A DNA stretch of 64,000 nt, taken from the NCBI GenBank assembly GCA_976226885.1, contig OZ320318.1, positions 50,220,001 to 50,284,000 of the forward strand. Direction: 5' to 3'. Both the position numbers and the translations under genes were made by a program. The notes beneath the pieces are model-generated. The model was not told the DNA's origin. It ran no database searches and worked only from the letters and a program-made list of their open reading frames with translations. The DNA is from Iphione sp. A-MEVVRFRX5. Its lineage: Eukaryota. Shown piece after piece: positions 52,119 to 64,000 of this stretch (its first letter is position 1; the number at the start of each line of letters is the position of its first letter).

Positions 52119-52255
52119 CTCATAAACCTAGAACAAACACAAGCCAGAGTGACTAACATAAGTTAAAAGTAGCATACACAAGTGCAAAATATGGGCTGCA
52201 ATCTCATAAAACATAGAACAAAGAAAGGTTACGCGACTAACATAGGTTAAAACAA
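52119..52255. repeat. ~84-bp imperfect tandem duplication
   Basis: CTCATAAA..TAGAACAAA...GACTAACATA.GTTAAAA at 52119 and 52203. Confidence 0.75.
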
Positions 52256-55200
52256 CATTAGTTCTGGCTTAAAAGGGTTGTACATTTATTATTTTGCAAG
52301 TTTTCCCCACCACGAGGTGCAAAGGTAGCAATTTCGGCAATTGGATATTTTGTCATCCATACAAAATCCTGAATAAAAGAGGTATTCCAAATAACGAGGT
52401 TTGACTGTATGTATTCTCCTGGTTAACTGTCCCTAATTCATTTATCAAGTGAGAAAATGTCAAGTCAATCTCTTTTAGATACTTTGGGTGCGGTGGAAGG
52501 GGCATGTGGAAAGGGAAGGGCAATGACGGTAAATGTTATCAAATGTCGATCTAAAACTATCGGGAAAAAAGGACAGAAACTGCAACATACATGTATCAAT
52601 TTAATTGTTTCACAAGCCTGCGGAACCTACACATTACAGAATGATAAGTAATGAGATAACTCTGTTGTTAAGTAACTAGAACTATTGTAAAACTGCTGAC
52701 ACCTGCACGTTGGATATCCTGGCCAGCCCTACTTGCAAATAATGAGTCCACCTACAGCATGTGTACATGTGCATTTTGCACTGTGAGGTGGGTCTGTAAG
52801 AGGGTCTTACACATGTACGGGTATAGATCACTCCTTGCCCTGACGGCCAGCGTTGACGTCATCATTGCTGCCCTTCCCGCTGCAGCTGCAGTTGCCACAA
52901 CAACTGAAAGGATGGGGGCGGGGGTGGGTATCGGTGTGGGTTACTGGATGTAAGAAGCGGTTGCACATGGCAATCGGAAAGGTATGACTTATGTGATAAC
53001 TTTACCCTCCACGGGTCAAGGGAGGAGAAAACAAGCACAACTGATGCCAAAAGCAGAGGTTCATGTCCATTGGTGACGCGTAGTTTGATGAAATCACCCC
53101 AGGAGGGGAAGCCATCACACGAGAACCTCCACTACACATAAAAAAAATCTGAGACCCAAAACAGGACATAGAAACTTGTATTGCCGGTACCGGTATTTAA
53201 ATATAACTGACTCATGTAAACACCAGATCACAGGGGAGACTAGGCTTCAGCAGACACAAGGTTAAATACTACCAAACATATATTGCCATATACAGATATA
53301 TAAAGAGACAACAGAGGAGACCAGACCTCACAAGAAACCACAATTCTCTAGTCTCAGAGGCGGTATCCTAAACATGAGTAGACTGTACTGCATGGTTCGA
53401 GAAACACACAAAGCTGGTTTATTATAATCACTAGAATCTAAATGCACTTTACCATCTCGTAAAAGAAAACTGCATCAGATGGCTTCCGATGACGGCTTCC
53501 ACACAGCATCGTGAGAGAATCAATGGCTAGATTGGCATTTGCTATCTCATTTACCTGTTCGTATATAAACCCATCAACGCGCTTATCTTGTAGGGTAGCA
53601 TCTGGAATCTGGCCACCAGTTGAGTTATATACCATAGAAAACACAGAGGTTGCTGGAGCCCCAGGCTCTGGATGTTTCACACGAAAATCATCTCAAGCTC
53701 ATGTTAAGGCTGCTGAGGCCATCTGCAGACTGAAGCTGGGTGACTGATTAGTTTTCGACACGTGTACATATGTATATACAAAACTGTAGGAAAATAGGAT
53801 TTTGCTGGATCAAACTTGTATAAAGGTCAGAACAGAATTAGAATCGGTGTCGTAACTGGTGGCTGATTTCACAGATGACAAAAAAGTGAAAAATCGCATT
53901 CGGCGTTAGATGATACGCGTACATTGGTATGAACTGCAGAATTTACATGAAGTTGTTAGTGCGCACGTACGTTCTGCCGCTGCGATAGATACACATACGG
54001 CTGGATTAATCGAGATAGGAAGAAAACACACAACGATGGAGGAGGACGAGAGCTAAGGACCCAAGAGGTGGAGATGGAGGAGCTGTACATTTAAAAGTAT
54101 ACAGCGGCTTCGGGCCACATCCAGCTTCCTGCCGAGCTCAAAAATGATATTCACTGACTGATTCCGCTCCAGCAGAGCGCTACTGATTAGTTGGAGCGGT
54201 TGCTAGACGACCTTTTGACTGGTGACCTCTCCATGCCTGCTCCAATGAAGGGTTAGTCCCACTGAGGTCGGTGTAATGAGGGCTGGGTAGGCACGCTGGT
54301 CTCGTGGCCATAAAACGCTGCCTTGACGACCATTTCCTCACCTGTTCTCACCTGGCCGCCATTTCTCCACCTAAACCCCTTCTTGCTTTCCACGACTCCT
54401 GAGCGTTTCGCTTAGAATCTGCGGGGGATTCCTTTCTAAAGACAGAATATTCATGATCTAATTTTCCCTTGGAAGGGATCTGTTTCTCCCCGTTAACAAA
54501 GTCGCTTGCAGCGTGTTTTTTCTTCCATCTGCTTTCTCTTAGACAATTCGGTTAACTTTTTCTCCTGCAAGGCACTTCTAGTAATTTTTCAGGTATCTAT
54601 TACAATACAAACGAGACCTTTGCGTTGAGTATGACCGCTACTGTTCAAAGAGCTAATGTCATAAGAAACACTGGATACTTGCAAGATGAAATATTCCTAA
54701 TACATGTATTAGGAAGACGGAACAACATTGCCCGATTCCACTTAATCGTGCAGACTATGTAAAAAAAATGTGAAAATGGAAAGGCCTCATTTCAAACAGG
54801 GAGGAGGAGCCCTCAGGTGAAACACGCGGCTTTTCAAACGATACAAGTGGGCATTCCTCGGTGAGCAGACCACTAAACGCTTTCTTAGTGGAATGAACAA
54901 GAAAGATTGAGCAATTAAGCCAGGTTTTGGAGGGTTTGTGAAAAGCGTTATGAGTGCGTGTGGGGAGGCGTTAGACAGAGCCATGATGATCTGTTATGAG
55001 TAGCACCCAGGAAAAAGACAAGGCAGACATGAAGCGTATTATGAGAAACACCTGCAGAAATACCTTGGGGGCATCAGAAGCTACAGGCCAATGTAAAATG
55101 AGAAAGATAAAAGATGTTTTGCGAGGAGCAGGCGACCGAGGTGGCTACCAACAGCTACTATGGCAAAGGGCTACTGGAGACGGTGAAGAAATGACCTAGA

Positions 55201-55959
55201 AGGCAAACGGCCTGTGCTGTAGGGAAGTGTGTGCCGCCAGCAGCGGGGTAAAACCGCTACCCTATAGGATCAACCTGAGCTTGGCAGCTACCCCCTCCCG
55301 AGGTTAATTTTCCCCAGTCAACTTTCCCCATTTATCATTCCGGCTTATTTCTGGGCCCTGGATCAGCCAAAAGAGCAACTTTCGTCGGCAGCCTGCATCC
55401 CGCTCAGATGGAATGGGAGGAGGAGGAAGATGGCACGGGAGTGGGGGCGGGGGCGGGGGCGGCAGGGGGGAGACGACGACGAAGACGAAGGAGCAGGAGG
55501 AGGAGGAGAAGGGTGGGAGGGGGACTAGTAAAGGTTGGAAAAGATGAACAAGTGCCCCTGAGGAACGAGCACATCGTTTGAAGACTTCCCACATCAACGC
55601 CTTTGTAAATCAGTGAAGAAAGCCAAGTAGAAAGATCTCTATGCACAAAAACCAACTATAACAGGGGCCCCGGTAAAGGCCACAGGTAACCTGTTGCTGC
55701 AAGATGTGAAAAAAGACAGAAAATGTGTAAGACTAATATCGTTAACTCTCCCCACAACATTTACGTTCCATAGGTTCCAATCGTTTATTCAAGACCATGT
55801 ATATCTATGAAATTTACTATGCTGACTTGATAATGAAGCTGACCTGACGGCAGAATACGCTAAAAACAAACTTATGGTTCTTTGCGGACAGATCTGATTT
55901 TAGGGGTGACCTCAGACTGACTTCAAGAACGGCGTTAACTCCATTCATGCATACATTCA

Positions 55960-56060
55960 TTACAGACATACATATATATACATAAATATACACATAAATA
56001 TACATACATATGTATAAACAAAGGTACGTACGTACATGCATGCATATATACATACAAATA
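55960..56060. repeat. AT/ACAT low-complexity microsatellite
   Basis: catacatatatata/cataaatata/tacgtacatgcatgcatatata. Confidence 0.8.
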
Positions 56061-59000
56061 AACAAACTCGAATGCTGCAATGTGACTACAATGCGACCAA
56101 AACCTCTATACCAGGAAAAGTATCTTCAGAATGTTATTTTTTGCATTTACAGAGACATACGCATACGATTACAATGTCTTAAAGATGATGTGTTTCGCTG
56201 ATGTATATGCCTTTCGCTAACACCTCAAAACGCAAAGTGCCAAAAGACTTTGATAGTACCTACCTGTTAGCCCGCAATTTGATCTAAACCAGTGATACAA
56301 CCACTTCAGCTACGTACGGAGTGTTGGTTACATAGAGGCACTGGACTGTACATATGCACGAACGTGTACATCGTATGCATGTACAAGTGCATATATGGAA
56401 AGCCATGTACATGTACACATGTCATTCCTAAGAGAAATAGGAACAATGTTAATGGTGAGTGCTTGTCATGTCCCAATGATGTTATCTCACAGGGAGGCGG
56501 TAAAATGCAAAGACAAGCCAACTGCTTTTGACGGCACACTACCCCGCCCTACGCCTATTGTGGCGTCATAAAATCGCAACGAACGCGATATTCACGAAGG
56601 CGTTTAGGTCTGTAAAACCCACCGAACGAAGTTGATTGCCATCACATCAAAAGCTAGAGCTCATATAGTAAAAAATGGCGTTTTCGAAGTTCCAACAACG
56701 GGGCCAGCTTGAAAAAAAAGAGGACCCACAGACACACAGTACACACCACAACATATAAGGAACTTTACTAAAGAAACTTAAATATTAGTTCGTACCGATC
56801 GGGTGTGAAGCAACGGGGAGCACTCTTACAGTGCATAAAGCACAAGAATTTGTGAGTTCCCAAAGATTTTGTGCTTTTCTCAAATGGTCTACTCCCAAAC
56901 AAAGTATATGTAGTCCCTTTCTCAGAAGTAAAACAGTCATAAGATTATAGTCAACATCGTGTTTTTCTTACTAGATATAAATGTATGTATATGACGAAGG
57001 TACGTAAACATCTAATGAAACAGTCCTGTGACACTTTGACCTTTTACCACAAGAAAACGTTGTCTCTCAGATAGGAATGGTGGGCGACCTTTGTGGGCGA
57101 GTCTGTGGGGCGGGGGCCGCCTGGTCTGTACTGTGGCGCCCACTGGCAGAGGTGCCGGGCTTTGGGCGCCACCGCGCCCCCTACCGGGAACCATTTCACG
57201 CCTCATTGCTGCAGTACCCACGTGACGAAGGGCGCCAACTGTGACCCGAGAAGATCATACGAGGTTACTAAATCATACGTTTGACCGGGTTGCCATGACG
57301 ACAGATTACTTGCGTGCACTCAACACCTCCGGCACGCGTCATGCCTGAAGAATACAGTTACACCACACCTCAATGAGTATAGAGTGTGTTTAACTCAAAG
57401 AGGAAGGGTACTGTTTCCTTGCAAAACTATCTTAAATGAGGCTTATGCTCTTAGGTTACCACACGTCATATGGCTTCAAGATTTCGCCCCGCTTGGGCTC
57501 TTCAATCGTTTATATGTGCAGTAACAAATGTGAACAACATTGTTCGGCCATGTATAGATGGCTCTGGGTGGTTTATTTCACCATTGCAGTAATAAAATAG
57601 ATTCAGACTGCTGTGTGCTGATCTTTGATAAGAAGAAGTGGCCGCAGGCCTAAAACCTGACCGTGGAGTCTATATAATGATTGAGAGCTATAACTAAATA
57701 TTAAATAAACCAGCCCCTGTGACTAGGAAGGGGATAAACCATTACGACCATCTACTTGTATACTGGACCATGTACCGTATAGGGGTATAGCATCTCTGGC
57801 TGTCCTATCAGAGGAATGTCGCAATATTATATCCTTATCGTTGCTATCTTGCTGTTAGTATTAACTTTCTTCCACTATCTGAGTTCAACAGGAGCCTCCT
57901 GCGCGAAGCCAGTGATCTCTGACGACCCAACCTACTGGCCTCCGCCAAGCACAGTGGGAACTCTTTCCGCCCTCCTGGAAATGAGAGAACCGGGCGAGTC
58001 GGGCAGATCAGTTACTTTTTCCTGTGCTGAGCGAAATGTACATGGAGATGTGCTTGCGATTACGCCGGGACCATGCCCTCTCTTAACCCCCATCGATTTA
58101 ATTAATGGGCAGCACGTATTTCAAATAACCAATACATAAAGTGGCCGTTGTCGAAAAAGCGGAGCTTAAATTAAGATAAGGTACCTTCAAAGATTCATCC
58201 ACCGTAGAAATCTTTTACCTTCGTGTCTTCCTTTTATTAAGAACACGTGGCAGTAATGATAAGGCGACCAGAACGCTTCTTTTTAAAACATTCCAACCTA
58301 TGCACTAGGGCCAAGAACTGCACATGAAGCCTCCTTTCCTATGATATCCTAACGTTTGACTAGGCCGATTGCAAAAAGAAGAGCAAGAAGTTACATGTAC
58401 ATGTACTAGGCTTTATTACGAATAAACGCTAGACAGTAGAATCACAAACTGCACAGCACATGCCCCGTGTTTGGCCACCAATTCCGTTCATTAGAAGGGC
58501 AGACGCTCCCGGTGGATCGGGGCGCCATCTGTCCGCAGCTGATCTGCCCTCATGTGGCGTTTTCCGGAACATACGTCAGGCGTCTCATCTTCCCCACGTG
58601 GTAGCGAGCAGCAGATATTTCGCCATCGCGCGTCCGCTGGCGCGTCTCGTGAAAGGTACAGATTGAGCGGACGGCAGATCACAGCGCCAGTAACAGCGCC
58701 AGAAGTAGGAAAAGCTGCTAGCGAGAATAATTCGTCCAGCAATCATAGCGGTCATCAGTCTAGAAAAGTGGTGAACCCCGACGCCAACAACCTCCTAAGA
58801 CGAAACAGAACTTCTTTTTTAGATATATATCCGGCTCGTATGACATAAACGACTTGTCCTTTACAATTTCAATACAGCATATCTACGGCGCCAGAAGATC
58901 CAATTTCTCTCATTAAAAAACACTTTGCAAGACGGACTGTCCTGGTGGTTATCTTCTTTCCTATCGTCGTCAGTATTTACAGGTATCTCTTGTTCTCGGT

Positions 59001-59424
59001 TGTTTCGCCCTCTAGTTTCAACCGACCTAAATTAGACCTGCAAGGTCTTTTGTCCCCTATACAAGCGCCTTCAGCGCCCTACTCCCCACCTAGCCTCCCC
59101 CCCTCAGTTCTGGGCAGGGGTCAAAGTACAGAGAGGTGTGTCTTATGTAACATAGAGATATTCCTACTCAGCTGTGAAAAAGGAGGGCTATTTTTTGTGT
59201 GTTTTCCTTTGTGTTCTCTTTTGTGACACAAAATATATGCAGTTGTTTATTAATTACAAATGTAATCACATTTACATATGAAAGAGAGAAAATTGTGACT
59301 CTTGCAAAATATCTCATAGGCATGAGACCTCCTCCCCATTACCGGACTACTTTCAGGCAACGTTTTATATAGGTAGTGTAATCAAGCTGTCATTTCATGC
59401 TTGATTGCACCTGCCCTAGAATGC

Positions 59425-59757
59425 TATAAGGTGGTGCTGGCAGAAGGAGGGGGTGGTAGTACGAGTGAGTGAGTATGTGTGTGTGAATGCACTGTGAGAC
59501 CAATATATCTCCAAACAAGGTATGTATGTTAGCAAAAGTGTAAACGGACATGATTTCACCCTTAGAATACTTGAATTACTACCCAAAATACCCAGCTCCA
59601 CTGGTCCATATATATAAATGCCGCATACCAAAATCAGTGTATTTTACTAAAGGGTTTTAGAGTTAAAGGACCCAGAGGAAAGTGATGGAAGGTTTGGGGT
59701 CAGACAGCAGTATTCCTATGGTGTCCCCCCACCCCCGTATGAAGTGGGGGACAAAAA
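59425..59757 (+). mobile_element. Dispersed repeat, copy 1 (possible Helentron-associated HINE-like element)
   Basis: Homologous to 63260-63553 (TGTTAGCAAAAG.GTAAA, ATTTCAC, TGAATTACTAC). Ends in hairpin TGTCCCCC...GGGGGACA followed by AAAAA. Confidence 0.55.
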
Positions 59758-60239
59758 CATATTGTCAACTCCACATGTACATGTCTGTATGTACATGTCT
59801 TTTGCCTAAGAATATATTACACACTGAGATGTAACGCAGTACATGTATTTCTAAGGTCTCCCCTCTCAATGGGGCGGGAAACAAAAAATACTGCCAACTG
59901 CAGGTACATGTTTGTACATATATTAAATTAAGGGAATGTTACATACTGAAAGGAAACGAATGTTTAAAGACTTGTTCCGCACACTGTTAGGAAGTTACCG
60001 CTGTTTGTCACACGAGTGCAGACTCTTTCTAGAGGCTCACAAAAGGAAGATAGGCTGTGACCTGAGCGACCGATGACCGGACCTTGAACCTTGACCCTTG
60101 ACCTGAAGCGTGAGGGATGAAGAGTTCACATTATTACTACAGTGGGAGTGGGAGTTAATTATTACAAGTAGAGAAGCAGGTGCTGGTCTGTTTTCTCGTC
60201 GGCGGTCTCTTCCAGGCAGCACACGCATTGATCACTAGA

Positions 60240-60378
60240 GGGCGGGAAGGAGGCTCCGCCCACCTACGCCTTGGGACGTTCTATAAATAGCTCATAAATG
60301 CCCTCGCTCTATCTCTGGTAGTCCTTCCGGGTCCGGCATTCGTCTTAACACGGGACAATCAAGAATACGTGTGTAAGT
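60240..60378 (+). promoter_or_regulatory. TATA-box promoter with probable non-coding first exon (~60312-60372)
   Basis: GC boxes (ggcggg 60241, ccgccc 60256), TATAAAT 60282-60288, pyrimidine-rich initiator-like sequence ~30 nt downstream, and donor GT|GTAAGT at 60373. Confidence 0.5.
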
Positions 60379-62016
60379 TCTACGATCCGACCAGGCAACC
60401 CCAAGTTCACGGCATATGACTCGTAAATGCCGGTCTTCTCCCACCCTGTGGTGGCCAATCTGTCCTCTTTAGGGCCGTGTTAGGACTGACCGATAACCAA
60501 TTCAACACTGGTTAGAACTGTGGTGACTGCGTGAAACAGAATCGCAGAGAAATTGCTATTTCTGTCAATGCCTGCACTCAGCTTTTCATCCCCGGACACA
60601 TCAGAGACGTTCCGCGGATGCATTCTTGGCGTCTTCGTTGCCTACATGGAATTTTCGCGGGAGAGGTGAAAGGGGGGAGGGCGGCACAAATGGGGGGGGG
60701 GAGGCAGGGAGGGAATATCGTCGAGTCCTATGGTTCTGTGTGGTCTTCCCAGCCTCTACTGATTGAAAGGTAATTTTTCCAGGGTTCTCGCTCGGGTCAC
60801 ATCTTTGTCGTCAGTCAGACCTGCCAGAGCCCTGTCGGCAGCAGTGGTAGTCAAGTGATGCATCTGAAATAGACGGTCTGACGGGCGGCCGCCAACCAGC
60901 AACTGGCCGTTCGTACGGCTCACCGTACCTATATATATATGTATACGACTGATAACGTTCTAGATATTCAATCTGCCAGTCACACGAAAAACAACGGCTC
61001 TTTTTCCCCTTTACCTTGGTATCAATGAATGGCCCCCTTTGAAGCTCATGTCAAGATACATCGTGGCGTTAAGCGGTATTAATGCTCTTGTTACACTGAG
61101 GGATTACGCGACATGTGCATGTATTTCGCGAACTATTGAACAATACCAAAACACACTCTGACCAGCCGTGTACTCTTTTGGAATACATGGAATTTAAAAG
61201 AAAAAATAGACATTTTGTCATCCTCCGTGTAATCGTATCACCACTTGCCAAAGAAGTCTCCACATGAACGCCACAGACGAGGTCAAGTGTCAACAGAAAT
61301 CTTTTAAATCGAAAACGATAAGTAGCGATATCCTGAGTAAATATGTATGTGAGAGGAGTGGCTTTGCCCTCTGTGGATGTAATCTTTGACTTCAGGAGAA
61401 TTCCGTGAATACTACTACGGCTGGATGCTACGAGGGGTCGGCTCTTTGAAAAGGGTGCTGCTGGCTGCTGGTGGCTTCGTGAAGGATGCGCACGTATGGA
61501 GGGAGGGACCTCCTGTCCCGCCGTCGCCTGCTGCCCTTTCGTAGTATGCGGCGACAGCTGTACAGCATGTCGCTGGTGTAAAGTCCGACAGGAAGTGTCT
61601 TCTAAACATTTCGGTGGTAAAAAGCTCGGCCTAACACAAACCGATCTCCCTGCTGAGGCGGGTGCCTGTCGCATTCCCACTAGTGTGGTCCTGCTATATT
61701 CCAGGACCTTGCTCGACTAGCAACAGTTGTTGTGTCTTCCAAGCATATGTGATTCTCTTTTAGAATCTCGAGATGGTACTAGCGTTTGAAAATACAGTGA
61801 AACTTTAACTCAACTTGACAGAAAGTCATCCACCTGGTTCCCGTGTCTGGTTACATAGAGAAATTTTCTTGCGGTGACTGAAAATCGTAGAACGTTTAAA
61901 CCAACTGACAGAAACAGAATTGCTGTGTTGTACCCAGTACATGGCAAACACGTTACATTTTTTTTTATGAGCCAAGTCGCTGTATTTACATGCGTATTCA
62001 AAGCGATAAAGTAGTA

Positions 62017-62145
62017 NNNNNNNNNNNNNNNNNNNNNNNNNNNNNNNNNNNNNNNNNNNNNNNNNNNNNNNNNNNNNNNNNNNNNNNNNNNNNNNNNNNN
62101 NNNNNNNNNNNNNNNNNNNNNNNNNNNNNNNNNNNNNNNNNNNNN
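62017..62145. other. Assembly gap (N-run)
   Basis: Run of 129 N. Confidence 0.99.
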
Positions 62146-62905
62146 ATACATGTACTAAGTACATGTATGACGGTTTCCGGGTTTGGGGTGTAAGAAGCAT
62201 ACTGAAATGGTGCCGGATATTGGTGCACTCCTTTTGTTATGGTTCAAACATAGTTCCCTGACGTGAAATGCCGCACGGGTCGATAGCTAGTGCTAAAAGG
62301 TTCAATCCAACTCCATCATTAACGAACTGTCTTCCTCCATTACTGTTCGTGTCTGTTTGAAATGGCTGTCTAACGTTTATGCTGCTTCAGCAGTGATGCG
62401 CTTATCTTTACGGGTAGACATGTAGGATTGATGGAGACAAACTTTCTTATTTTACTCGAACAACATATCCAGGTACGCTTCGTAAACAACCAGACCCCGT
62501 CAGTTTGCTGAGTCTCAGTTTTCCATCTTGATCTCCGGTAATGTCAATACATGTACATAGTCATCTCAACGGGTAAAAACCACTGAGTGAAGATAACGCG
62601 TATCCACGTGTTAAGCACTTAGGGGGCTGATATGTCCCTGCCCAGAGTGAAACGTATCAAGATTACAACAGGTTTGCTTTTTGTTTAAACTACCTCTTAA
62701 AGCTCACAAATCGATTACAAACGTCCCTCCCAACGTTCTCGTGCTACTGACAAATGGGTACAGAATGATGCTTATCGTACTTATCGTATCGTTTTGCTAT
62801 ATACATGTAGTCTCTCTTGCTGAAGACATCATATCAGTCAACCTGGCAAGCAGCTGTGAAAACAAGAGTGTGGATCTGTGAGGTCTATTGTCCCCTGCCA
62901 TCAAC

Positions 62906-63050
62906 NNNNNNNNNNNNNNNNNNNNNNNNNNNNNNNNNNNNNNNNNNNNNNNNNNNNNNNNNNNNNNNNNNNNNNNNNNNNNNNNNNNNNNNNNNNNNNN
63001 NNNNNNNNNNNNNNNNNNNNNNNNNNNNNNNNNNNNNNNNNNNNNNNNNN
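62906..63050. other. Assembly gap (N-run)
   Basis: Run of 145 N, followed by (TC)n. Confidence 0.99.
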
Positions 63051-63135
63051 TCTCTCTCTCTTTACATCCACCTTAATTGGCACCTTGTTTTGGGGTGGGT
63101 GACTGGGCTTGTTTAAGTCCTTCAGAATTACAACT

Positions 63136-63264
63136 CTCAGTTCTGCATGACTGAGCACAGCTCCTTGGTTCTACCTCACTGAACACCAGACTGCTACAAA
63201 CCCTCGGTTTTGCATCACTGAGCACAGCACCCTCGGTTCTGCCTCACTGAGCAGACTGCTACAA
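63136..63264. repeat. Higher-order tandem repeat: 2 x ~67 bp, each built from ~28-bp subunits
   Basis: CTC(A/G)GTT(C/T)TGCAT(G/C)ACTGAGCACAGC ... CAGACTGCTACAA at 63136 and 63203. Confidence 0.85.
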
Positions 63265-63553
63265 GATGATACTGGTAGAAGGGAAATATTGGTGAGTGTG
63301 TATCTGTGCATGTATGTGTATTGTCAGACCAAGACCCTAAAGCAGGTATGTATATTTGTAGATGTGTTAGCAAAAGAGTAAAATTGGCATAATTTCACTT
63401 TCAAAATACATGAATTACTACAAAAAAAAATCAGTTCTTTGGAGTGAAGTGTTTTAGACTTATAAGACCCACAAGAGTGTGACGGATGGTCGGGACACCA
63501 GCCAGCAGCGTTCCTTATGTCCCCCCCCCCCTTTGAGGTGGGGGACAATAAAA
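63260..63553 (+). mobile_element. Dispersed repeat, copy 2 (possible Helentron-associated HINE-like element)
   Basis: Starts ACAAGATG, is homologous to 59425-59757, and ends in hairpin TGTCCCCC...GGGGGACA followed by ATAAAA. Confidence 0.55.
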
Positions 63554-64000
63554 TATTCCACTATGAGAGATAGCACTTTACTCGTTTGTAAACAAACTAT
63601 GCAGCTAAAGAAGAAGCTATATAATTCTAATGTAATTATACATACATAAACTTACATTTTCGTAATAACTCGTGCGCTATCTGCCCGATTCAAGGCAACA
63701 ACCTTTATCGCTGCGGAATGCCGCTGCTGATGGGATAAAGGAGGCAAATATATTGTGTACCACTGTTCCACAGCCCTTTAGTACAGCGCGTACGGACGAG
63801 ACCGTCGTAAATCGAATGCCGCTTATGAAGCACCTAACACCGTACTCTAAGGTGATACCAGCATGTTGGACTACATTATCAGAAGGTATCAAATGTGGCA
63901 ATCGTGGCTAGACTCCTGCTGAAAGTTTCTGAATGCCTTGTGACCCGGGAAGCACATCCCTTGCGACTGGCCGAAAAGGCCACTGTGATTTCATAGCATT

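Noticed and set aside
53438-53680. Protein-like 80-aa ORF with an internal CAG|GTAAAT donor
   Set aside because: No recognisable domain or good acceptor, so it cannot be distinguished from chance.
61069-61680. 203-aa minus-strand ORF
   Set aside because: No domain and mixed composition; more likely chance or an antisense read of a GC-richer segment.
355-63911. The great majority of 60-170 aa six-frame ORFs
   Set aside because: No recognisable family, compositions typical of random or low-complexity intronic DNA, and overlap on both strands. This is a spliced eukaryotic locus.

Overview
Eukaryotic (animal) genomic DNA from a gapped draft assembly with three N-runs. It is most consistent with amphioxus (Branchiostoma) or another marine invertebrate deuterostome; this is an inference from the strong TACATGTA excess, moderate GC, a Deu-domain-like tRNA SINE and vertebrate-like intron positions. 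Two protein-coding features are well supported. (1) The 3' half of an adenylyl cyclase-associated protein gene (CAP/Srv2/capulet family) on the minus strand, as six GT-AG exons from 7919 down to the stop at 2465, encoding 268 aa (polyproline linker, WH2 and CARP domains). (2) A single-exon, motif-divergent class A GPCR of the FMRFamide/sex-peptide-receptor-like group on the plus strand (38848-40086). By eye I could not find the conserved N-terminal CAP exons anywhere in the 56 kb upstream. The GPCR may therefore sit inside a very large CAP intron, or the gene is interrupted, or it has a different N-terminus. That interval contains a strong recursive-splice-site-like motif (43203-43260), several orphan promoter-like clusters, a PIF/Harbinger-type MITE with TTA duplication, a Deu-SINE-like element, two Helentron/HINE-like copies and several tandem arrays. 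Nearly all short six-frame ORFs are noise. There is no CRISPR array, rRNA or true tRNA, and I found no well-supported new biological system; the hypotheses below are leads only.
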